Shown: positions 13,164-25,558 of the stretch, in pieces
Numbering within the stretch: the first letter of the stretch is position 1
Layout of the letters: each line of letters begins with the position of its first letter
DNA from: Anneissia japonica
Taxonomy: Eukaryota
Length of the DNA: 64,000 bases
NCBI RefSeq assembly: GCF_011630105.1
Contig: NW_022727368.1
Location: 169,157-233,156 of the forward strand
Reading direction: 5' to 3'
Program-made: the position numbers and the translations under genes
Notes under the pieces: generated by a model
Databases searched by the model: none
The model's input: only the letters and a program-made list of their open reading frames with translations
What the model was told of the DNA's origin: nothing

Positions 13164-14226
13164 CTAGGTACAGCTGTTTATTTTTTTTTAAATTAATTAA
13201 TATATATTGGTATTGACATCATTGTTCATTGGAAGGATTACCAAAGAAAGACAAATGCTGATACTACAGAATGGTAGAAGTTGTTCCAATTTAGGATAAT
13301 AAGGAACAACAAGCATATATTCTTTCCTTTCTGTAAAATGATCACCAGCTGTTCTAAGGCTCCAGGGTTCTAATGGGTCCTTGATTGTTTTCATCATTTT
13401 CATGAGAGTACAAAACATACTCTTTTTGCTGAACCCCTCTCCCCACCCCCTGAAAGAGTACATGATAAAATGATGATTTTTTTTTTCCAGTGTTTAGTGG
13501 TTCAAAGCTTACACTAGCAGTGTGCAGTACATGATGAAACATTGTGGGATTTATATTGCGCAGATCTCTATACACTCTTTAAAATAAATTCATGCTATAT
13601 AGGTCTAAAGGTAAACTTTGGCCATTTAGGTGAATGGCTAGGCACAAAAACGTAGGCTACACTTAAATATAGTCATTTTTTTACTATTTCAAAAGCATAC
13701 ACACGCCGCCAACCCCTCCCCCAGCGTACATTTTGCGACTATGATGAATTAAATGGATGACTCCTGAAGGCCAAATAGTTATTGCTAATAAATAAATTTA
13801 AATTTCATTATAAAAAGCCAAATTGAAAAAGATTTCAATCTCTGCTTTGTTCTAGCATGTATCTTCCTAAGCTTAACCTCGTTATTCTTAAAACAAACTT
13901 TAGTCTACTAGCACCACGACTAAAGCATGCGAACCTCCACTAAAATTATACCCCTCAGACCGATTTTTTAGTCAGCCTAGGGTCAGGCTAAATTGCTGAC
14001 TTGAAATATTTACTCCAATAAACGTGCTATTTTGTAACTTTCGATGAAGTGAAACGAATATAAATGATTGTATAAATAGGTCCGATGTATCTCCAGTGTG
14101 TTCAAGAAAAGGGACATTATGTTTAGCTTCCAAAAGGCGAAATTGCTTAAATGGGGCATGTAGACAAATGCGGCTCTCACATAGGTACAGGTACTGAAAT
14201 AAAACAAATAATCACAAATAAACTAC

Positions 14227-14373
14227 CTTTTCATCAACTGGATCATGGTCTATGTACAGAATCTTCACTTCTTCAGTAATGTTGGTCTGGTTCCCCACAT
14301 TGACGTCAAGAGCATAGCTCTGAAGAGTGATGTCCAAGGTATCTTGGTCAAATGTACTGCATGGAAGATCCAC
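14227..14373 (-). CDS. Gene A exon 4 (VDLPCSTFDQDTLDITLQSYALDVNVGNQTNITEEVKILYIDHDPVDEK).
   Basis: Acceptor ttttag| and donor AAG|gtag. 147 nt, phase 0 in and 0 out. At least one further exon must lie between 13164 and 14226 to restore phase, and I could not resolve it. Confidence 0.5.
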
Positions 14374-15114
14374 CTAAAATGGATAATGAAGACAAATTAT
14401 TTACGGGAGCAGATGTCCAAAAGGTTGGACATAATTAAAGTTAAAGGTATGAAAAGCCAGTGTAAATGCCAAATAAGTCATTCTTAGAATTATCTTAGAT
14501 AATGTTTTTAGCTGTTCAACACCCGCAAGCTAGTTACTGTAGTTTGTTTTAAACTACTTTATGTAAATGCTGTACCAAGCACACAGGGCAGTTTAAAGGC
14601 TAGCTAGCCATTTGTTATTTTCTAATAACGATGCTTTGTACTGTACTGGCACATTGGGATAGGCACAGCCTTTGGTAAGCTTTTTACTTAGGCTATTTCT
14701 ATTTTCCTGTTAATGAATATCTCTATAGGCTTTGCAGTATTAGCCCGACATACAAAAATCGTCTAAAACCTTCTCAAATTTAGGGGTCCTCTACACAGAT
14801 TACCTTATACACGAGAATTACGTTATTGTATAATGCAAATTTGATTTCAGGAGAACTCGAACAACAGGACTGGATTGAAGGGCTGTGGGGCCTGGGGCTG
14901 TAATTACAAGTGGGCCTAAATACTCTGTGACTAAAACATAAAACCAGATTTTCTGTGATTTTTTTCCTGGGGTTCGGGGCCTATTTTTCCCCATTGGGAC
15001 CGATAAGCCTGGGACTGGCGCCCCAATATCCCCTATGTTAATTTGGCCCTGACAATAATGTTAGCATCTATAGCAACAACAAAAAAAATACAAATGACAA
15101 GAAACAATTTATAC

Positions 15115-15240
15115 CTCAAAGGATACGTTGATTGCTGTATGTTCTGGTTCTACCTTGTAGCGTAGCACCCAAGCATGTTCTAGTACACTACCTGCATCGA
15201 CCTTTTTAGGATATGTGTCGCCTGATATCACATAATCCAA
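15115..15240 (-). CDS. Gene A exon 3 (LDYVISGDTYPKKVDAGSVLEHAWVLRYKVEPEHTAINVSFE).
   Basis: Acceptor ctattag| and donor GAG|gtata. 126 nt, phase 0 in and 0 out. Confidence 0.5.
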
Positions 15241-15898
15241 CTAATAGAAAACAGATAGAAATATAAACGTTAAAATATTGATAAATGAATAGTTTATTTT
15301 ACTATAAATAATTATTTACTGTAAGTATATTTTAGTTGTAAAATTTCACTAAATGTCTCATTAGATACATCATCATGCAAAAAAATCAGAAATTCAAAAC
15401 AAATTTAAAAACCAATTCCAAAAATTGTTAAAAATAGCTTTTAATTAAATAACTTAGCGCTGAAGATGTGGCTTGGACAAAAAAATAAAAAACATAACGA
15501 AAGCATGAAGCAAACTAATAAATAAAACTTGTAGTGCATATTACATCATCAACTGAATATCAGCATATTCAGTCAAGTTTGTCAATACTTAACCATTTAT
15601 GTTGCCATTAATCACTGCTCAGATATAGCAGTGTTTGTTTGGCCAGAGCACCAAGCTAAGTCAAGAATGGTCAATTTCAAATTATAGTAAGCATTACCAG
15701 CCAAATTAAAAGAATTACTGCTTGGAATTTGCGACATGAAAAAATGGTGTAGTTATACACGTTTGTCTGGAGCATCCAAGCTGTTCTGTATTCTACTATT
15801 GCTCCCATAAGCCAACTGAGAATGCCAAGCAAAAATTAATGATCGATAAAACAATTTTTTTGTTTGGTTTTCAATTTTTCTGAATTTATTTGCATTAC

Positions 15899-15993
15899 CT
15901 GTACTTCGGGAATTTCTTCCACCCAAACTTCTTCAGAACTCCGTGTTTTTCTACTTAAGACGCCATTTTCTTCCTCAGTAATATTCATTCCCC
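15899..15993 (-). CDS. Gene A exon 2 (…GGMNITEEENGVLSRKTRSSEEVWVEEIPEVQ).
   Basis: Acceptor ttttcag| and donor CAG|gtaat on the minus strand. Phase is consistent with exon 1 and there are no stops. Confidence 0.5.
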
Positions 15994-16445
15994 CTGAAAA
16001 ATGGAGAATAAATATTAGTATTAGTATATATTTTTATCTCTATTACTATTTTTGTAAACCCTTTTTTTTATTTATATTTCATTCTACCGCAGTATTTTCT
16101 TACTATATTTTATCACAGTAATTAAGTTTTTACTGATTTTGTTATTGTTGCACATCTTTACGGCTGTGCCTCTGTTATAAAAGAGAAGCAATAAAGTTAC
16201 TTACTAGAATCATTGTTTATCAATAATTCAATACACTCAATTGGTTCCCAAAGATGTTGAGTATAAAATCCAAACAAGAAAACAGAAAAGCCCAAAAGAC
16301 CATGTGAAAGCTTGACTTTGAGCCAAGACTCGATCGATCACCAGCAATCACTTCACATTTCAACAGTAATATAAGTAGGCCTACTGTCATTCAAATAGAA
16401 ATAAATGCAGAAAATACAAGACAATTTAATATAATTTGAATTTAC

Positions 16446-16515
16446 CATTGTTAGAAGAAAAATACACTGCACCAATAGTTAATAGCCCAGCAACAGCAAC
16501 CACAGCAATCCCCAT
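16446..16515 (-). CDS. Gene A first coding exon. ATG at 16515-16513 with an in-frame TGA just upstream. Encodes MGIAVVAVAGLLTIGAVYFSSNN (signal peptide or signal-anchor). Donor AATG|gtaaat.
   Basis: Reverse-strand translation read by eye. The hydrophobic 20-aa stretch directly follows Met. Canonical donor, and phase 1 continues into the next exon. Confidence 0.55.
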
Positions 16516-17249
16516 GTCATTTAGGAATCATTGTAGGGCCTAGAAGTAACGAAATATGACAGTACACATTAGTGTTACAAAAAATGTCTGTTGGTTCAAC
16601 AAAAATGTCTGTGCAATTTCAAAAACTGAGCAAGCCAAAGTAGAGTTTTATAATATATAACTGTGAGTAAATCTTGTGGTTTCAATGCTCTATTAAAAAC
16701 AAGTTTTCTTTACCATTGTGGATTTCAAAATTGCATATCACACAGAGATTAAAACAACTTTACACTACTACAGTCCACACTTATAAAATTAAAATATAAC
16801 ACTCTGTTTCCTAACGTACACAAACTTATCATTGTTAAAAATTTACGTAGATAATACAACAAACAGAAACATGCTGACATCAATTTGCAAAAAAAAAAAA
16901 AAAAGACATACAGTGTCTGCTGCTGATGATGTCATACATATGAAACTATTGCTTGTGTTTACCAAGCCAATTGCAAAAATATTTTTGTTTATTTAAAAAA
17001 AAACTGGCCGGATAATGTACTGAAAGCGAGTCATTAGGATGTCCTGTGGATGGGGAGACACGCTGGATAAGCCCATACTGTCAAGTTTTTTAATTGCGCG
17101 GAGGATATCCAGAAGCGGATTTGGGGGGGGGGGCACCCCAACCAAACCTTTTCGAAGGTAAAAAAAGGAAACAAAAAAGAAAGAAAGAAAAAATTGATCA
17201 TCCAAAACGCCTCAGGGGTTATTTTCGGGTGTCTAGTTTGAACATCTCT

Positions 17250-17700
17250 GGATCCGCCAATGATATTTAAAAAATCAGCTCAAATTTGCATTAAAATTTG
17301 CTAGGAAAATAGGTGCACAGGATCATAATTAATTGCTGCATCATTGCATTGTCTGGTTTTTAGGCCTATGCTAGGCCCCTAATTCTCATTAGATCTGTTC
17401 AAAGGCCATCTGTAAAGTTTTTTAATTGTGAGGATATCTAAAAAATCAGATCAAACATGCACGGAAAATCGCTAGGCCTAGGTAGGAAAATAGGTGTGCG
17501 GAATCGTAATTGCTGCATAATTGCATTGGTTATATTAAGACTTGTTCGAAGCCTGTCATTTTCGGCAAAATCTGCGTGGAAATCTGCCCTTACTTTTGTG
17601 CGGAGGATGCCAATACTATCCGGTTCAAAGCCTAACTTTCGGCAAAATCTGCACAGAAATCGGCGCTTACTTTTCGAAAAGTGCGGGCCTTACTATTTAC
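17250..17700. repeat. Intergenic tandem repeats: a 2 x ~180-bp unit (…aaaaatcag.tcaaa..tgca…gctagg…aaaataggtgc…) and a 2 x ~80-bp unit (cattttcggcaaaatctgc…cttacttttg).
   Basis: Direct inspection of the divergent intergenic region between Gene A and the PARP4-like gene. Confidence 0.6.
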
Positions 17701-18620
17701 AGTCTGGAGCCAGGCCTAGGATAGTATGGCCAGCCTAGCCTACCCCGCCCGGCCTACTACTAGAGCCTTAGACCTTGGTCCTCTGCTCGCTACGCCTAGA
17801 GAGAGGGCCTGCTAGGCCTAGGCCTAGGCCATATAGATTTACCAAGATTTGCATGAACATGAAAGAACATGAAAAAACCTTTCAATATTCTAAATGGCCT
17901 AGGCCTAATACTAAATTCTACAGAATGCATGTAAAATAACACTTTCGGGCCTTCTAAACAGATTTACTTAACGTTGAAAAAATTGAAAAACTACCACTCA
18001 GATTTGCTTTTTTAATATGCGCGCCATCTGAAAGTTTCCGCAATGGGGAAATCCTCACATAGCATAGAGGGCGCATTCTCCTTGAATATTTTTAGATGTG
18101 ACGTAATGATGTTGTTATTAAAGTTTTTGTAATGAAAGATGGTGGTAGACGTAACATGAGAAGTTAGTTTTATTGCGCTAAATATATTACATATTATTTA
18201 TTTCATATTCGGAGTTATGACATAATGTCATTATTTTATTATCCATGTTAATTAATCGAAATTGTAGGCCTAGGCCATAGCAGCCAACTACAACTTAACC
18301 AGGGCCTAGCTAGGCCTACTACTAGCCAAAGTAGCTAGGCCTAGCCCCTCCTCCTAGGCTAGTCTAGCTTGCTAGGCCTAGTCTAAGTTAGAGAGTATGA
18401 CTTTCCTTCCGCCAACCTCGATCGGACTACCTTTCCATGGATGGGGCGAGGAGGGAACCCGATGTGGAGTTGCTGGCAAGAGACTGAGGCCTCATTAGAC
18501 TAGAGTCTAGGCTAGGCCATTGCTAGTCTATCTAATGTAGTCCTAACAGTCTATCTAGACTAGCTTGCAAGGGCAAGTAGTATAGATAGATAGGCCTAGC
18601 CTAGTAGAAGTAGAGCGAAG
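17440..18620. promoter_or_regulatory. Divergent-promoter region rich in the palindromic motif CTAGGCCTAG / TAGGCC (more than 25 occurrences in 1.2 kb), immediately upstream of the putative PARP4-like 5' exon.
   Basis: Motif density seen by eye. The region sits between two head-to-head genes, and locally GC/CpG-richer patches occur at 18000-18080 and 18400-18480. Confidence 0.3.
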
Positions 18621-18704
18621 AAGTCTGGCCTTTTGCTGATATCATGCTCCGGATGTTTGCACGACTGACTGAGTTGTGGACAACCTATCTTCTGAATCAG
18701 TTAG
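18620..18704 (+). other. PARP4: Putative non-coding 5' exon of the PARP4-like gene, ending at donor CAGTTAG|gtacgt.
   Basis: Strong donor consensus 1.1 kb upstream of the first coding-exon acceptor. The TSS was not determined. Confidence 0.25.
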
Positions 18705-19838
18705 GTACGTGACAACAAATTTTAAATGCAAGGAATTTAACAAACAGATTGGTTTGATGATGAGGTCAAAGAGGAAAATGTTAACTATGTCATCAGTATT
18801 TTCAGGTCATAGGGAAAAGATAAATACGACCTCTGCAGCCAAAACAATAGAGGGCTATGTAGACAGTCGAGTTACTTGCAGAAAATGATCGCGGTGCCAT
18901 GATATCGCGCTCTCAACAGCCGATAGTCACATACCTAAATCAGTTATTCACACAACTTCTCATGCGAACAACTAGAACAGTTACGGCAGTGGTTCCCAAC
19001 CTTTTTGCGGACCCCCATGACCAAATATTACTCATTGTCCATATCTCAACAATCGGATTAGGCCTACAGATAGAAGATGATTTGTCATGAAACTAGAACA
19101 TTAAACAATGGCAAATCCTGGAATTTAAAATAAAAGCCATCACGTCAATATGGTACAACATTTTTTATGTCTACGCCACTTCTAGGTGGCCGGAAATAGC
19201 ACTGTCAGACTCAAAATTTGAAGGTAATTTTCTTTTATTCCCATCCCACATGGTTGATATTCTGCCAATAAGATTATTGATGGAAAATAATAAGCCAAAT
19301 TACAACATCTTGGATCTTGGAATTCGACATAAACAAGAGGGGAGTGGTTCAGCAGATAGGGGATTTACGCTACCCTGGTTGGGGCTGAGGTAGGAAAATG
19401 TTTATATTTCTGGCACTTGTAGATGGCTGGAAATGACACTGTCAGACTCAACATTTGAATGTAATATTCTGTTATCCCCCATTTACTTTTTATTTACTCA
19501 AATTGAGGGCTCCCTCCTAATTTTTTTTTTTTATTTATTCAATATTCAGGTAAAAGCAATTATGGGCCGCACACATAGGGTTTGTAATTCATTTTCGCAG
19601 GCTACAAAAAAAATCACTCCGAGGCACATGTGGCCCACGGGCTGGCACCTTGCCTACCTGTGCTAAAAACCATGACAGACAAGTTTGCAACAGGATTTTA
19701 CTTTCCTACTTAGGCGAGACTTATTTTTATACACTGTTTGTTTGTACTCGCCTGGGTGGGGTTAATGTGATACAGTATCTCACGCATAGCTAGGCTATCA
19801 ACACTGCTGATTTGTATAATTTATCTTGTTCTAAATAG

Positions 19839-20008
19839 GATTCCTGTTTTAGTTGTGGCAGGTATTTGGATACGATATGTCAAGTCTTTTCAAAGGCTAC
19901 CACTTTGCTCTTGAGCTGGACTTCAGCTTCCGGTATAAGCAGAAGCAAGAACTGAAAAAGAAAATAACCAACAATGGTGGAGTGATATCATATGCTCTGA
20001 CAAAAGAG
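19839..20008 (+). CDS. PARP4: PARP4-like exon 1. ATG at 19877. MSSLFKGYHFALELDFSFRYKQKQELKKKITNNGGVISYALTKE, the BRCT N-terminus.
   Basis: Acceptor ctaaatag| and donor GAG|gtagaa. Aligns with the human PARP4 N-terminus (…KKKLQTDIKENGGKFSFSLNPQ). Confidence 0.6.
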
Positions 20009-20913
20009 GTAGAATTTATTTTTATTCAAAATATTCACTCTTAGGATGTAGTTGATTTTGAATGCAGACTTCTCAAGTACTACGGACCTTAGTGTTTAAT
20101 GTTTTTGCCGCTTTCTTGCCCATAACTTTTGTAATATTACAAGCAATTTGGCCCATTGGGCCACCATTTGTAATACCTCTGAGTGTTTTATCAATAAAGT
20201 GAAGTGAATTTCCGTAGTTAGGCCTAGTTTCTTCAGAAATTTTGCTTAATTACGAACGTACGGAAATAGACAAAAATACAATGGAATTGATCATAGGCCT
20301 ATACCCAAAAAATATATAAGTCCAGAGCAAATTACTTTGGTTACATTGTCCCTAGAGCTGGGCCCAGAGAGTGACTTTTACAGATGGAGAGTGTAGACCA
20401 CCTCAGCCCCACCATGGTTGGGGCTTAGGTAAGAAAAATTATGATTATGGCACCTCTGTTGGTCAGAAATGGCACTCTCAGACTGAATTTGAATATAATT
20501 TTAATTTTATGTTTATGCAAGGAAAAAATAAATTCTCCAGGGCATTTATTCAAGGGAGGCGTTAATTCCAAATGAGGCTCTAAATGGGGTGTGTTTTTCT
20601 AGGCATTGGGAGTTTATTCGAAATAGGGCGTTTATTTTTTGGTATGAATATGTGGACAATAAAGTACCTATTATTGTTTAAGTTATTTATTTGTTTGCCT
20701 ACTATCTGTAATGATATTGCTATATTAGTATTGATATATATTATATTATATATACCATTACTATATTGTATATAGCCATATTTTTAGTACAATTTAATTA
20801 CTAAGGTCTTAATGCATTTGATTGTATATAATATGTATCACCTTATTCCAGTCTTAGAAATCAAGGTAAAGCACTTAGTGATTTCATTAAATACGTTTAA
20901 TTTAGCAATAATT

Positions 20914-20917
<4 letters not shown>

Positions 20918-20960
<43 letters not shown>
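20918..20960. repeat. Poly(T) tract of about 42 nt. Other microsatellites: (TTG/TTA)n at 21480-21650, (ATT)n at 2689-2752, (ATC/ATG)n at 37300-37455 and 12965-13030.
   Basis: Direct inspection. Confidence 0.9.
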
Positions 20961-20964
<4 letters not shown>

Positions 20965-21229
20965 CAAACTTCCTAATTGTCAGCAGTATCAACCAAGCTA
21001 ATACCACATATAAAGGACGAACTGCGCAGAAGAATGGAACGCCGATAGTAACTATTTTGTTTATCAGCAGATGTGTTAAGGAAGGCCGAGTTGTTGACCC
21101 CACTGCCTATCTTGCTAATGGTAGCAAGCAACTAGCAGGATTTGAAAGGGGGAAAATACAAGGTATGGATGGGAAGATCAATACAACCTAAAGCATAGCT
21201 TATTCTCTGTCCTCACTTTCAATTTTCCT

Positions 21230-21337
21230 TTGACAAAATCTGTTATATGCCCATATATAGTCATGATGTGCCTATGTATGGTCATGATATGATGTCATCA
21301 TGACCATATATAGGCATGTCACATGTTTTTGTCAAAG
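21230..21337. mobile_element. About 110-bp MITE with TIRs TTTGACAAAAACATGTGACATGCC. Other copies at 4622-4733, 12711-12835 and 35980-36066 (partial).
   Basis: Palindromic ends and an internal catgatgtgcctatatatggtcatgatgtgatgtcatcatgacc core shared by all copies. Confidence 0.55.
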
Positions 21338-22118
21338 CTTAACACAATTTATTTTTTTTAATGTTAAAGCAGATTGAATAGGTTTGCAATATTTGTTAAA
21401 TTATTTTTTTCATTATTTAAAATATTAATGGTTCACATTTTTGTTCATTTTATTTTCGTTTTTAGTATTCCAGTATTTTAATTATTTTTTTTTTTTATTG
21501 TTATTACTATTATTATTATTTCTGTTATTATTTTCTTTATTGTTATTGTTGTTGTTAATGTTGTTGTTGCTGTTATTGCTACTTTTGTTGATGTTGTTGT
21601 TGTTTGTTGTTAGTATTAGTATTATTATTATTTTAATTATGAATATTTTGATGTTGTTTTGAATATATTTAATTATGTATTAAAATATTATTATTTTTCA
21701 ACTTTACAGTACTTTCATTTTTATAATTTCACTTAAATTGAAAGCTTAAACTTATATATGAATAGCTTAATGTAAGAAATAATTATTGAACTACTAATAC
21801 CTGTGCCTGTATTTTCTTCCAGTTAAAAACCCTCTCAAGAAATCAGCCACAGCTAAGTCATCTACATTCAATTTGAAAGCGTTTCCGTATGTTTGTTTTT
21901 TACACATCCAATCATAAACTTTGAAAGTATTTTCATGTGGTAGTATACTTACACGACATTTACACATACAAGGGTCGTAGGCCACCTTTGAGTTTGTCTC
22001 TGTTCTCAAAATGCACTTATAGTACACAGACAGCACTGCAATTTCAGAATAAAATATGCTGGCTTGGGGCCCGGCAATAATTAGACATTTCTGCATATTT
22101 AGCATTGAACATCTTTAG

Positions 22119-22200
22119 CTATATTCATACATAATACGATGTGTAGCAAATACACCGTGTGTGACGATCATCCTCTTTATCCAGAAATATCAGTTAGTTG
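22119..22200 (+). CDS. PARP4: PARP4-like exon 2 (LYSYIIRCVANTPCVTIILFIQKYQLV), BRCT.
   Basis: Acceptor atctttag| and donor GTTG|gtaaaa. Resembles human CTHIILDNADVLSQYQL. Phase 0 in and 1 out. Confidence 0.45.
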
Positions 22201-22261
22201 GTAAAACAAATCTTCATTGCTTACTTCCAACTTAATTTTTAAAATGCATTATTTATCAGAG

Positions 22262-22338
22262 TCTGGACATGGGGTGACAACAAGGCTCCTGACTTCAATG
22301 AAGACAGTTATGAAGTGGCTAAGAGCTGTCTCCTCTTG
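22262..22338 (+). CDS. PARP4: PARP4-like exon 3 (VWTWGDNKAPDFNEDSYEVAKSCLLL), BRCT C-terminus.
   Basis: Uses the second AG of cagag| so that phase matches. Donor TTG|gtaagt. The motif APDF..SYEVAKSCLLL resembles human NPDFIWKSIREKRLL. Confidence 0.45.
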
Positions 22339-23472
22339 GTAAGTGTCTTTTATACTTCACTGCCAGGAACGCGAATTTACATCTGACAAGGTTCACTCGG
22401 GGCACCAAAGACACAAGTTTACGTCCATACCTGTCTAAACATACATACCACATTGCATGTACACTAATTGCAACAGCCCATGAATTCCACGTCGGCGATT
22501 GCCGACCATATTGCCGAGCCAGAATTGCCACAGGACGACAATTTTTTTGCCGACCTAGGCGTAGATTTCTTTCTTCACTATTGTGAAGTATATGTGTACA
22601 TGTGTGGAAAATCCCAGATACTGTGACGTCACGATTAAATCGTATATAATGACCTATAACTCCATAAGAAATTGCGATGTTGCGAAAAAGCGATTTTAAG
22701 GTTGATTATATTATAAATGGCATATAAAAATTCCCCTCTAGAACAAAAAATCGTTTTGCTAGTTCTCTTTTAAAGAACAGATGACAGTCTGTGGTGATAC
22801 GATCATAGCTTTTATGAAAGTGATGTTGCCCATGCTAAAGATAACGCTAAAACGACATTTCTTCAGTGATTTTCTTACGTAAAGCATATGTATTATACTA
22901 CAATATTAAAATAATACAAGTACGTCTATTCTTTCAGCAACAATCTATTGATTTAATAGAGATAACCAAATCACGATCCGTAGATGACGATGTAAAGTCA
23001 AGCATTCCGAAAAATTGTAGTTTATACTATAGGTACAGTAGTAAAAATTGCCAAGACTGCCAACCTTAAATTTTGCTGACCTAATTTTTTTTGGGCTGTG
23101 GAAAGGATTTTATTATTGTGGTGCCCTGTATGCCTTGGTCTGTGGGATAAAGCTAGGAGAAAGGATTGGCAGTCAATGTGTTGCTTTGCCTCTCCAAATT
23201 TGAAACCCGAACTATCTCTCTTTCATTTGCGTTTGCGGCAGATTGTGCAATAATGCTGTGGAGATATTATTGACATTTATAAATAATTATAAAAATTTAA
23301 CTATCCATGGTGGGAATGAGGTGAGCAAGAGCCTCCATGAAAGTCGAAGTTCCCTCTGGCCCCCCCCCCGCCCCCCCCCATTTCAAATTCCTGTATCCGC
23401 CACTACTGTTTGAATAGTTTCAGAGATGAGATGAGTGATTTTGATATATGCTAATGTTTGTTTTATAAACAG

Positions 23473-23622
23473 AAGTCATCAAGGTCCAATGATGGTGACC
23501 TGTTTTACCAACTTGAACTTCATGTTTTGCCGCTTGCCAGCCAAGCATCTGAAAATGAAGAAAACAAATACCTGTACCGTTTTCGAGTTTTCTGCCATTA
23601 TGGAAACTGCAAGGAAATCAAG
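23473..23622 (+). CDS. PARP4: PARP4-like exon 4 (KSSRSNDGDLFYQLELHVLPLASQASENEENKYLYRFRVFCHYGNCKEIK).
   Basis: Acceptor ttataaacag| and donor AAG|gtgggt. 150 nt, phase 0. Confidence 0.5.
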
Positions 23623-25558
23623 GTGGGTATGGGTTGGTTTTGGTTCCTATCTCTAGAACATTAAAACCAGCGTAATGTAATTGCTTGAAGTATGTATTGA
23701 TAGTTTGTGTTTGTACACTTACGTTTACTTAAGCAGGGCACAGCCGTATGACTGTCGCACGACGAATCCAACTCCACTCCATGTGAGCGATAGATGACGC
23801 AACGCTGTCTGCTGATTGTTGGTAGCAGTCTTAACCTATCATCATTAAAAACAATCCATTGCGTGTGCGTCATCGCGTTGCGTTCTTTATAGAATCTGGT
23901 CAGCCAACAATTATCGTGCGCAGTGCGTGTCCGGCTTTAAACCTAATGCTATTATTGGTTAGATAATTTAAAATGGATTTTGGAAGGAAGAGGAGAAGGG
24001 AAAAGAGGAATTGGAAAAAGAAGAGAGGATATGCTGGATGATCTGATAAATGGTAGATATGACACTTTAAAAAGACCAGCACAAGATCGTGAAGCAAGGA
24101 GAACATATGATAATTAGTGGCTCCTTTATACCTTGTTTCGCAAACTTATTTTTTATAGATCGTCAGAGTAGGGCGAAAATAAAATTTTGGTTTTTCATTT
24201 AGAATATCATAGTTTTGCCAAAAACATTCAGACAGAGGAGAAAATGAAAATAAAATTTTATTGGTGAATGTGAATAGTGTAGTAAAATGCTTTAAATGGT
24301 TAAATGCTTTTAAATTTATGTAATTATGAGGAAATATACATATCTTATTTTTGGAGATTTCAAGGCAGCTGTGGGTGTAGTAAAAATAAAGAAAAACTTT
24401 TTTTCTGAAATTTCCATTTTTTTTTTGTGGAAGCAGGTGCTCTAATTGGCCAAAATGAAATTGTATATTTATTCAAAATCACCATTATTTGGCAGGTGGT
24501 GTGTTCACTGAACAATGTATAAGAATAGGCTCCCAGCGGGATCGTGTGTCTACTGCCTTATACAGGAGATTTTGTTTTTTGTTATTTTATGTTCTTCAAT
24601 ATGCAGATGTGTGTATTATTACTAGCTGCAATATTATGTAATTCTCCCCAGGGAGCTGAGTATGTGTTCCATATGTGTTTGATCCAATGACCGGGGTAGT
24701 AATGTGAAGCGCTTAGAGGCATTGTGCATGAAGCGCTATATAAGAGCGACATATTATTATTATTTTAGTAGTGTATCTGGATTTTTTCATGAAAATTTTC
24801 TTTCATATCAATATTCTGTATAGGCCTACTGCTATATTACACTAAAAACACTTTAAAAATTAGTAACTCCCTTCAGTTACCACATCATGTCGTTGATCAC
24901 AAAGAGTACTACCATGTTTTAGAGGGCGTCTTTCAAATGACAGTAAAAGGCGTTCGTGGCGAACGCGTGCTGCGTCTCAAATACGCATGTTTGAGTTTTG
25001 AATGCAATTTTGTTTGAGTTCTGAACGCTATTCGATTGTCAATAGAGTGCCCCGACCCCGTGTAGTAGTACCCATCAAGTCTAAACCGGATTTACCCTTT
25101 TCCGCCATCTTTAATTGCTACATCATGACATAGTGTCTATGCTCCCGTTGGGGGCAGTAGACACAAAAACGTCTTGTTTAATTTCCCACAAAAATTAAGT
25201 ATGTAAGTAAGGTCCCACAAATGTAAGTATGTGTATGTATACACAAGCGTTTGTGGGACAGGCGCATATTCCTGCCTCTGATCTGATTGGTCAGAACTTG
25301 TCAAACTTAGTTGATGCTTGGTTATTATGAATGGTTTGATCGAATGCTGGGTTTTTGTTTGTTTTATTTTATTCGTAATTCCTGTCATGTAATGATTTCT
25401 ATTGTATAAATTTTAAAGAACAGTCTATTTCGTGAATACTCAACTGGATAAACTGTCTAATTGCCTTTGTTCTTAACCGGAACTCCCCTTTCAATAAAAT
25501 AAAATAGAATAGTCGATTGATTTGTTTATTCTATAAGACTGCTTTTTTTATGTTTCAG

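Noticed and set aside
16700-16716. Second ATG|gtaaag donor-like site upstream of Gene A exon 1 as an alternative first exon
   Set aside because: ATG is immediately followed by the donor with an in-frame TGA nearby, and there is no supporting ORF. It is probably coincidental.
19853-19876. ORF-track start MWQVFGYD upstream of the PARP4-like first exon
   Set aside because: The track start is a non-ATG (TTG) codon. The first real ATG is at 19877 and aligns to the human PARP4 start region.
20040-20044. Extension of PARP4-like exon 1 through VEFIFIQNIHS (similar to human CTHIILDNADV)
   Set aside because: It runs into a TAG stop with no usable donor. A better match (CVTIILFIQKYQL) is supplied by a separate exon at 22119-22200.
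21441-21662. Poly-Leu 73-aa ORF. Similar poly-Ile ORFs at 37182..37481 and 50747..51013, and the ORF at 20912..21103
   Set aside because: These are microsatellite or homopolymer translations ((TTG/TTA)n, (ATC)n, (ATT)n, poly-T), not genes.
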